IMG/VR virus record: IMGVR_UViG_3300020041_000054
Span: 1 to 6,324 of that record
Reading direction: 5' to 3' (one strand)
From: a virus
Length of the DNA stretch: 6,324 nucleotides
In this document: positions 1 to 5,540 of the stretch, piece by piece
Layout of the letters: every line of letters begins with the position of its first letter
Numbering within the stretch: the first letter of the stretch is position 1
Made by a program: the position numbers and the translations under genes
The notes under the pieces: model-generated
Told to the model about the DNA's origin: nothing
Database searches by the model: none
What the model saw: the letters and a program-made list of their open reading frames with translations, nothing else

Positions 1-121
1 AATCAATATCAGAAAGGGTTTCCATAGCTTTAGCATCAGCGAGCTGTCTAGCACCTTGCAATTGAGATTTTTCAGATTGCATCAACTCGTATTGGAATAT
101 GTTACCAATGGAAGAACCTAT
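1..121. repeat. Terminal direct repeat, copy 1 of 2; marks a circular genome assembled with overlapping ends
   Basis: Read by eye: bases 1-121 match 6204-6324 exactly over all 121 nt. The offset is 6203, which is therefore the unit genome length. The VP2 reading frame continues without interruption across the junction. Confidence 0.95.
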
Positions 122-487
122 GCCAGAATAATCAGCCTGGAAAGGCTGCATGACAGCATTCCCAGAAGATGAAGCTGTAGCACCAGTACCAGCAGATTGA
201 GCAACACCAGGTGAACCTCCATTCATCATCAAATAAGGATTCAAACCAGCCTCTTCGAGACGTTGACGTTGAGCAGAAGCAGTGTTATAAGCGTTCTCCT
301 TATTCCACATGTTCTCCTGCCAATTACGCTGCTGTATCGCCATACGCTCGTTAAACTGGTTATTCATCTGATTAATTTTATAATTCATCTGGTTAGTCTC
401 CCGGACATTCTGTCTATTCTGCGAATTCTGAAACGCAGAAGAACCAAGACCAAGGAGACCACCAGCAATTGAACCAAGAAAACCCAT
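1..487 (-). CDS. VP2: VP2 minor capsid / DNA pilot protein, N-terminal part; the gene continues across the circular junction into 6203..5602
   Basis: Manual translation from the ATG at 487..485 gives MGFLGSIAGGLLGLGSSAFQNSQNRQNVRETNQMNYKINQMNNQFNERMAIQQRNWQENMWNKENAYNTASAQRQRLEEAGLNPYLMMNGGSPGVAQSAGTGATASSSGNAVMQPFQADYSGIGSSIGNIFQYELMQSEKSQ... This runs in frame into the tracked ORF 5602..6288, whose leading 'M' is really a TTG Leu codon. An in-frame stop lies at 493..491, just upstream of the ATG. The Gly-rich hydrophobic N-terminus followed by a Q/N-rich region is typical of microvirus VP2. The start overlaps the VP3-like stop as TAATG. The full gene is 1089 nt (362 aa). Confidence 0.85.
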   Translation of the reverse strand, partial: MGFLGSIAGGLLGLGSSAFQNSQNRQNVRETNQMNYKINQMNNQFNERMAIQQRNWQENMWNKENAYNTASAQRQRLEEAGLNPYLMMNGGSPGVAQSAGTGATASSSGNAVMQPFQADYSGIGSSIGNIFQYELMQSEKSQLQGARQLADAKAMETLSDID

Positions 488-969
488 TATTCAGAAGAAG
501 CAGTATCAGCGGAAGCAGCATCCGCATTTTCTGCCTCTTGTTTAGCGGTTTCAGCATCAATCAAATCCTGAGCCTGCGTCTCAAGGTGTTCAGCATAAGC
601 CGCCAATTCCTTAGACCAGGCAATAATCTCAGAAGGAGCCTGGATATGCCGGGAACGAACCGTTGCCAGAAGGTCATCATCAGACATCTTATCCATAATC
701 TGCTGGATCTGAGAAGCAGACTGTTTACTTTGACCAAACTTAGAAGCAATAGAAAGACCAGCACGGGAAGCCAGGTCCTTAGTATGAAGAATCAAACGAA
801 CATCAGAGGTATAACGAACCGGACGAGTTTCATCAGTATCGTCAATCTCTACACGAAGTTCTTCAGTACAATCAAACTCAGGAGCAACAGCAAAAGCATC
901 AGGCATAACATTAGGAATAAGTCCAGAACCTTGTTCCAGAGATTCCAAAGAATTGAATTTTCCTATCAT
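487..969 (-). CDS. Acidic 160-aa protein, putative internal scaffolding protein (VP3-like)
   Basis: Tracked ORF with ATG at 969..967 and TAA at 489..487. It sits between VP1 and VP2, is tightly packed against both, and has a strongly acidic C-terminal tail (AETAKQEAENADAASADTASSE). The functional call rests on position and composition only. I do not recognise a diagnostic motif. Confidence 0.6.
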   Translation of the reverse strand: MIGKFNSLESLEQGSGLIPNVMPDAFAVAPEFDCTEELRVEIDDTDETRPVRYTSDVRLILHTKDLASRAGLSIASKFGQSKQSASQIQQIMDKMSDDDLLATVRSRHIQAPSEIIAWSKELAAYAEHLETQAQDLIDAETAKQEAENADAASADTASSE

Positions 970-987
970 AATTAAAACAAAAAAAAA

Positions 988-2835
988 TTAGTAAGGTACA
1001 CCATCACGAGACAAATTACGGGCAACATAGCAACCGATATAGGAATTAACCAAGAGTTGGTCAGTATCCCAAGTAGAATCAGCGGCAACACCAAAGATAG
1101 GGTCAAGAACAGTAGGGTTGACCTTGAAGAATTTGTAGTTCAAGACAACGCGAGTATTCTCGTTAACATCACTTTCCTGGTAACCAAATCCAAACCATCC
1201 GGAAAGGAGAGATTCCGTAACAGGAGAAACCCAAGATTTAAGAGTAGTAGTAAACGCACCGTTAATGACATCAAGCTTAGTTTTCCAATTGAAATAGCGG
1301 GGATTGTAACCTGCATTGAACAAATTAACAATAGACGCTTTCGGAGAATTGAAAATCTGAGTCATAGGAAGAACTTCCATACCAATGTTATCAAATTCAG
1401 GAATCGGGAGAGACTCGGCATCAGTCACAAGCAGCTGACCGTCCTGACCGGTAATCGTGTAATCAAGAAGAGGAACGGCGTGATAAATACACATAACGAC
1501 ACAATGCTCATTGGTAGTATAAGTGAAAGAACCATTTCCAGCACCGACACCCTTACCAGCAATAACAGCAGTATCACCTTCGGAAGCAAGATTATTATTC
1601 ACAACCTCACTAATATCAAGGTTACGGGAAATACCGCCGATATAGGTGCACATATTGGAAAGAGCCTGGGGAAGGTTCACACCAAAATGCTTGCGAATCT
1701 GTTCACGATAATCGGAATCACCGGACTGACTGATTTCCTTCCAACGCTGCAGAGCTTCAGCCTGACGAAGAGCAAGAACAGTGAACTGAGATTGCAGAGT
1801 AGACAAATCAACACCGAGAACAGAGCCTACAGGGACAGTATTAGAAGAAGAAGCCTGAAGAGCAAAGAAAGGAACTGGAGACGAACTAGAAGAGACGGTA
1901 GAAGCAACACCAACTTTGCTATTAATACCATCACGGCCTAAAATAACATCAGAAGCTCCAGAACTAGCAATATCAATCACAGCAACGTCGCCAAACTGAG
2001 AATTCGGAAGAACGCCCATCAGCATATCTTTGTTCCAATTGCAATACTTGAGGTCAAACATTGTATCTGACTTCCAGTAATCAGCATTAGAACCGGGAAG
2101 AGAAGAAATCAAGTAAGGATCAACACCAGAAAAATAGTCCACATTGTAAGAAGAAGGATTCGCATTTTCCCATTGAGACCAACGGAAAAAGTCCTGATAA
2201 ATCTTTTGATAAGCAAGAATAGGGAAAATATTCACAACATTATTCTGAATATATTGCTGAGTATAAAAAGAAGAAGTGGCATTCTTTAAAGTTGTAGACC
2301 ACCACCGATTGCCAGAAGAAGGAGTATTAGATACAAAATTACCATAACCGAGATAACTTAAAAGCTTATAGCATAAATCGCCGCGATTAAAACCAAACAT
2401 ATTATTTAAAGAAGAAGAATTACCAGGATTGACGCTATCTCCATTAAACCTACTCAAAGCTTGATAAAAAAATCGGAGAGGTAAAGAAGGTAAGTAAGTA
2501 CCAAGAGCCAAATTCTGGGTCAAAGACAAAGCCTGGATCTGATTGATATCCTGCATCTGAGTCAACACAGAAGGAGCAGACTTCCAGAGAAGACGCAACG
2601 GCACAGCATAAAAATCAAAATATTCACGCAACCGGGTATAAGCAGAAGTCTCAACAGGTTGGGTACGGGTAAAATACTCAACGTTAAACTTGTACTTATC
2701 ACCAGGCATAGAAATATCCCAGTAAACAGGAAGAAGCTCACCAACTTTCGCAGTAAATGCATTTTTACGTCCAATATCAAATCCAGAACGGTGAGGGTGA
2801 TTTTGGAGATTGGACATTCCAGTGTAAGAAGCCAT
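988..2835 (-). CDS. VP1: VP1 major capsid protein (Microviridae F-protein family, Alpavirinae-like)
   Basis: 615-aa ORF. The N-terminal block HPHRSGFDIGRKNAFTAKVGELLPVYWDISMPGDKYKFNVEYFTRTQPVETSAYTRLREYFDFYAVPLRLLW matches the conserved N-terminal jelly-roll signature of microvirus major capsid proteins as I remember it. The length (over 600 aa) fits Alpavirinae better than Gokushovirinae. Confidence 0.93.
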   Translation of the reverse strand: MASYTGMSNLQNHPHRSGFDIGRKNAFTAKVGELLPVYWDISMPGDKYKFNVEYFTRTQPVETSAYTRLREYFDFYAVPLRLLWKSAPSVLTQMQDINQIQALSLTQNLALGTYLPSLPLRFFYQALSRFNGDSVNPGNSSSLNNMFGFNRGDLCYKLLSYLGYGNFVSNTPSSGNRWWSTTLKNATSSFYTQQYIQNNVVNIFPILAYQKIYQDFFRWSQWENANPSSYNVDYFSGVDPYLISSLPGSNADYWKSDTMFDLKYCNWNKDMLMGVLPNSQFGDVAVIDIASSGASDVILGRDGINSKVGVASTVSSSSSPVPFFALQASSSNTVPVGSVLGVDLSTLQSQFTVLALRQAEALQRWKEISQSGDSDYREQIRKHFGVNLPQALSNMCTYIGGISRNLDISEVVNNNLASEGDTAVIAGKGVGAGNGSFTYTTNEHCVVMCIYHAVPLLDYTITGQDGQLLVTDAESLPIPEFDNIGMEVLPMTQIFNSPKASIVNLFNAGYNPRYFNWKTKLDVINGAFTTTLKSWVSPVTESLLSGWFGFGYQESDVNENTRVVLNYKFFKVNPTVLDPIFGVAADSTWDTDQLLVNSYIGCYVARNLSRDGVPY

Positions 2836-2859
2836 AAAAAAATAATTTAGTGAAACATA

Positions 2860-4569
2860 TTAATTCTGGTAAGAAAAAATACCAGACAAATCATTCAACC
2901 TCTTGTGTTTAACCTTATCCCTGCATTTAATCAATGCAGCGGCAGCCAAACGACGAACAAGAGGAAGTTTTTGATAATCAGGCTCTGCTTCCTTACCATA
3001 GTCAATTCTATTATAACGAAACGAATAATTACGAAGCTCAAAATCAACCAAATCCTTATCATCGGAATCCTCCAAAGTCTGATAAAAATCAACCAGACGG
3101 TTATAGTCATAACGATTCCAAAAGGATACTATTGATTCGGAGAGGATTCGAAAAGTTTTGTCTCGACACGCAAAGCAGCCGGCATATCGCTCAGATTCGG
3201 GGTAGAAATTTGCTCCGAGTTCATCATAGTATGTCCGAAAGAATTTAGACATCGAGAGAAAGAATCGATAGCAGCGGGATAAGCGAAAAGCCGAATCCAA
3301 ATTAACACCATCATAAAGACGACATTCAGTAAGAATAAGAATATCGCTAGACGGTAAATTCGATTTAGGAAGGACTAAATGTCGGGAGAAATGGTCTTTT
3401 CCATAATTGTCAACATAATTTAAATATTGCTTACAAAAAGAAAGTATGTTTTGTTTAAACAAAGCATTAGGATTAAAAGGATCGCAACTTAAATCAGAGC
3501 ATCCGCTACGAATGACTCGTTCGGGCGCTGTGAACGTAGCAAATAATAACTGGTAAATACTCGATGGAGATTTACGAATAGCATCCGAAAATCGGGGGAA
3601 TAATCGAAGGAGATACGGCCAAGAAGGCTTAATCGCCCGAAAATACCCATTGCGTTCAACGCAGACTCCATTAAGGCACTTATCGGCAACTTCGTCAATT
3701 TCGGTAATTCGTACCTTTCGAGGAAAGAGATTTGAATCTGTAAATCCAATGGAATGGAAGGATTTAGGTCGCACCACTTTTGGCATCTGAGTATAAAAGT
3801 CGGGTAAAGCGACAAAACTGTTAACATACGACGCAACATACGGAGCTGCGAATCCTCTCGAGAGTGTCGCATCACAACGACCGTAAGACCAAGCTTTAGA
3901 TACATTTTCAATAACAGTTTGCGAGAATCGCTCGGAATTGGAAAACAATAACAAATGCCAATGCGGGCGGAAACTGGTAGGGCCGTATTCTGATACAGCG
4001 TAGTAACGTAATTTTTCATCTGGGTAATAACTTCTTAAACGTTTCAAAAATAAATCAAGGTCACGATTACACACATAAGGAATTCTATTGGGAATATTAT
4101 GGTTAATCTTACCAAGAATAGACAATAAATCCCTGGACTTCATAGGATAGGTAAACTTTACCTCCGGGTCTTTAAATGTACGCTCAACAGTAGAATTTTT
4201 CAACTTAACAGAAGAGGTACGAGGAACGCTGCGAAAACCAAACAAATAAGTGTTAGGGTCACCAGCGTCCAGGTCATTAATATTGGGAACACAGGATACA
4301 TCCGCAATATCATCCGTACAAGTTTCAACAACCGAAACCTCCAAAGTAGGAAGAAAGCGAGGAGCATAAGTAAGAGTAACAAAATAAACATAACGAAATT
4401 GAGCAGAATAAATATTAAGCAAGTTTGTTTGAATCCCGGAACGGCGAAGAATACAAGAAGGACAAGAGCCACAAGACACAAGAACAGGCTCATGCGTATA
4501 CTTGTTAACAACCGTACGAGGGTTCTGACAACGAGTCACCAGCTTATTCTGCAATTCCTTGGTAATCAT
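2860..4569 (-). CDS. VP4: VP4 replication initiation protein (HUH rolling-circle endonuclease)
   Basis: 569-aa ORF with four recognisable elements. The N-terminal Cys cluster is CGSCPSC (aa 33-39). RCR motif I is FVTLTY (aa 63-68). The HUH motif is HWHLLLF (aa 203-209). The catalytic di-tyrosine motif YVASYVNS has Y244 and Y248 in Y-x3-Y spacing, as in the phiX174 A protein. The start overlaps the upstream peptidase stop as ATGA (4569..4566). Confidence 0.92.
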   Translation of the reverse strand: MITKELQNKLVTRCQNPRTVVNKYTHEPVLVSCGSCPSCILRRSGIQTNLLNIYSAQFRYVYFVTLTYAPRFLPTLEVSVVETCTDDIADVSCVPNINDLDAGDPNTYLFGFRSVPRTSSVKLKNSTVERTFKDPEVKFTYPMKSRDLLSILGKINHNIPNRIPYVCNRDLDLFLKRLRSYYPDEKLRYYAVSEYGPTSFRPHWHLLLFSNSERFSQTVIENVSKAWSYGRCDATLSRGFAAPYVASYVNSFVALPDFYTQMPKVVRPKSFHSIGFTDSNLFPRKVRITEIDEVADKCLNGVCVERNGYFRAIKPSWPYLLRLFPRFSDAIRKSPSSIYQLLFATFTAPERVIRSGCSDLSCDPFNPNALFKQNILSFCKQYLNYVDNYGKDHFSRHLVLPKSNLPSSDILILTECRLYDGVNLDSAFRLSRCYRFFLSMSKFFRTYYDELGANFYPESERYAGCFACRDKTFRILSESIVSFWNRYDYNRLVDFYQTLEDSDDKDLVDFELRNYSFRYNRIDYGKEAEPDYQKLPLVRRLAAAALIKCRDKVKHKRLNDLSGIFSYQN

Positions 4570-4874
4570 TTTCTATCAGTAAAATCAAGTTCCATACGAC
4601 GAGGCTTGCGACCACGAGCAAAGGAAATATGAACAAATGTGCGATATTTTATAAATTGGTCGAAAGTAAAAGGAGAATTCTTGACAATCGAAATAAACTC
4701 GTCAATCGAAAGATCAACAGGTTTAAGGTCAATGGCATCTCCGGTCAGATGCTGAGAATTCTTAGAACCATTACACGCATCATTCTGTGCTACAGTCCGG
4801 AAAGCGGAAGTAACAGTAAAATGAATATTCCGGCGGAGAAGCCAATCAATAAAAAGCATTAATCCTGGATTCAT
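4566..4874 (-). CDS. Compact M15-family (LAS-type) zinc peptidoglycan peptidase, putative endolysin
   Basis: 102-aa ORF. TSAFRTVAQNDACNGSKNSQHLTGDAIDL carries the S-x-H-x3-G-x-A-x-D / H-x6-D zinc-ligand motif (H42, D49). FVHISF supplies the third ligand (H82). The RTVAQ...H-TGDAID pattern resembles, from memory, phage M15 cell-wall peptidases such as the T5-type L-alanoyl-D-glutamate peptidase. No N-terminal signal peptide is evident. Confidence 0.8.
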   Translation of the reverse strand: MNPGLMLFIDWLLRRNIHFTVTSAFRTVAQNDACNGSKNSQHLTGDAIDLKPVDLSIDEFISIVKNSPFTFDQFIKYRTFVHISFARGRKPRRMELDFTDRK

Positions 4875-4877
4875 GAC

Positions 4878-4967
4878 TTACGAAAATATTTGAGAAATAG
4901 ACGTAAGAAGACTAACAGCAGCTGCAATAATTGCAGACCAAATTTTAGATTTAGTTTCACTCTTCAT
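4878..4967 (-). CDS. 29-aa single-pass transmembrane peptide (holin-like / membrane-anchor candidate)
   Basis: Not in the ORF track because it is too short; found by manual translation. ATG 4967..4965 to TAA 4880..4878 gives MKSETKSKIWSAIIAAAVSLLTSISQIFS. It has a Lys-rich N-terminus followed by an uncharged hydrophobic stretch of about 20 residues. It ends 3 nt before the peptidase ATG and is in the same frame as the peptidase. Confidence 0.4.
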   Translation of the reverse strand: MKSETKSKIWSAIIAAAVSLLTSISQIFS

Positions 4968-5130
4968 TATAATTAAATTTAAAAGTTGAACAATAAGAAA
5001 CAATAAGAACACAATCCTGGTGAAGATTTAAAGAAACGAAATCAGAAATTTCGTCAACAGGTACAAGAATGGTTTCATTCTTATTAGGATTAGTCTTCGA
5101 CTGAACAGAACACAAATAATACTTTTCCAT
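4957..5130 (-). CDS. 57-aa hypothetical protein, first ORF after the promoter
   Basis: Manual translation from ATG 5130..5128 to TGA 4959..4957 gives MEKYYLCSVQSKTNPNKNETILVPVDEISDFVSLNLHQDCVLIVSYCSTFKFNYNEE. It is the first ATG downstream of the predicted promoter and has an AT-rich leader like the other genes. I recognise no motif. Its 3' end is shaped by a 10-nt tandem duplication (see findings). Confidence 0.35.
   Translation of the reverse strand: MEKYYLCSVQSKTNPNKNETILVPVDEISDFVSLNLHQDCVLIVSYCSTFKFNYNEE
4989..5008. repeat. Perfect tandem duplication, 2 x 10 nt (aacaataaga on the plus strand, ttcttattgt on the gene strand)
   Basis: Read directly: 4989-4998 is identical to 4999-5008. 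The unit length is not a multiple of three, and the repeat lies inside the 57-aa ORF. Confidence 0.9.
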
Positions 5131-5174
5131 AAACTTAAAAATTTAAATTAGACATTGTTTTTTTAAAGACAGAG

Positions 5175-5207
5175 CAAAGATATAAATAAGAATTTGAAAA
5201 AAACAAA
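5175..5207 (-). promoter_or_regulatory. Bacteroidetes-type promoter (-33 TTTG / -7 TAnnTTTG) for the whole gene array
   Basis: On the minus strand, TTTG lies at 5207..5204 and TAtcTTTG at 5182..5175, separated by 21 nt. This matches the published Bacteroides sigma-AB consensus as I recall it. The site sits in an extremely AT-rich stretch about 45 nt upstream of the first ATG (5130). No experimental support. Confidence 0.5.
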
Positions 5208-5242
5208 TATGAGCATATATTATTAACATTAAAAAACAATAA

Positions 5243-5540
5243 GCTATACGGGTGGCAGGCTGGTCTGTGAGTTTGCGTCTATAAGACAAGGAGGAGACTG
5301 AAAGCGATGAGGTAAATCGCTTTCCCTTCGGGCAAACTCATGTAGGCTTCGCCAATTTATATTTTAGGTGTTTAGCGGCGACGGCAGAGAGGAGCTCTCC
5401 AGGAGATTGCCTACGCGTTGCAAGCGTCAAGTTTTTAGGATGGCAGTACTATAGCCTAACGGCTCTGATTCCAGTCGACGAGTCTCCCGGAATTCAGTAG
5501 GTGTATAACCACGCTACGCGCGGTTGCCGGAAGTTACTCC
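5243..5540. other. GC-enriched, ORF-free, helix-dense noncoding element (candidate complementary-strand origin or structured ncRNA)
   Basis: Hand count gives 145 G+C in the 280 nt of 5251-5530 (about 52%) against 18 in the 110 nt of 5131-5240 (about 16%). No ORF of 60 aa or more lies within 5131-5523 on either strand. Two perfect 9-bp helices are nested: 5268-5276 with 5332-5340, and 5300-5308 with 5316-5324. Further helices are 5342-5347 with 5409-5414, 5349-5353 with 5377-5381, and 5465-5472 with 5489-5497. Strand and molecule (DNA or RNA) are unresolved. Confidence 0.5.

Noticed and set aside
469-975. 168-aa plus-strand ORF antisense to the VP3-like gene. The same applies to 263..472 (antisense to VP2) and to the plus-strand ORFs at 2659..2850, 2905..3135, 2934..3248, 4399..4632 and 4629..4862.
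   Set aside because: All are antisense shadows of strongly supported minus-strand genes. They are low-complexity, lack motifs and lack independent expression signals.
1057-1941. 294-aa ORF on the plus strand, antisense to VP1
   Set aside because: It lies entirely opposite the well-supported capsid gene. Its translation is low-complexity (R/N/S/T/I/K-rich) with no recognisable motif, and it has no promoter or start context. All known Microviridae encode their genes on one strand. Strong codon bias in VP1 (T-ending codons) depletes stops on the antisense frame, which is enough to explain its length.
5140-5149. 10-bp palindrome aatttaaatt in the 5' leader
   Set aside because: A pure A/T palindrome in an extremely AT-rich leader is expected by chance and cannot form a stable hairpin.
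5217-5229. atattattaacat resembles the AT-rich core of the phiX174 origin (ATATTAATAACAC, 11 of 13, from memory)
   Set aside because: The match is on the window's plus strand, which is the complement of the gene-sense (packaged) strand where a Rep nick site should be. It lies in a low-complexity block of about 16% G+C where such matches are expected by chance. In phiX-like phages the origin is inside gene A.
5205-5235. Search for a dif-like XerC/XerD site (GCGCATAA-6 nt-TTATGTTAAAT type) that could mediate integrase-free lysogeny
   Set aside because: The best candidate, gagcatat-attatt-aacattaaa, matches the XerC-arm core only loosely and the conserved XerD arm poorly. This is not convincing by eye and would need comparison with the host's own dif sequence.
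5288-5315. Plus-strand Shine-Dalgarno-like AAGGAGG (5288-5294) followed by a start-stop mini-ORF, ATG AGG TAA (5307-5315)
   Set aside because: The 'ORF' is only two codons and sits in the stem and loop of the 9-bp hairpin. None of the real genes in this genome uses an SD. The purine run is better explained as a pairing partner: ggagact (5293-5299) is complementary to agtctcc (5481-5487).
5461-5486. Resemblance of GGCUCUGAUUCCAGUCGACGAGUCUCC (plus strand) to the 5' end of bacterial tmRNA (GGGGCUGAUUCUGGAUUCGACGGG, from memory)
   Set aside because: No matching 3' acceptor or T-arm (GGUUCGAAUCC...CCA) exists on either strand, there is no tag reading frame, and the similarity is short and gapped. 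I could not build a tRNA cloverleaf anywhere in the element. It is worth only a blastn/cmsearch check as a possible host-derived att fragment.
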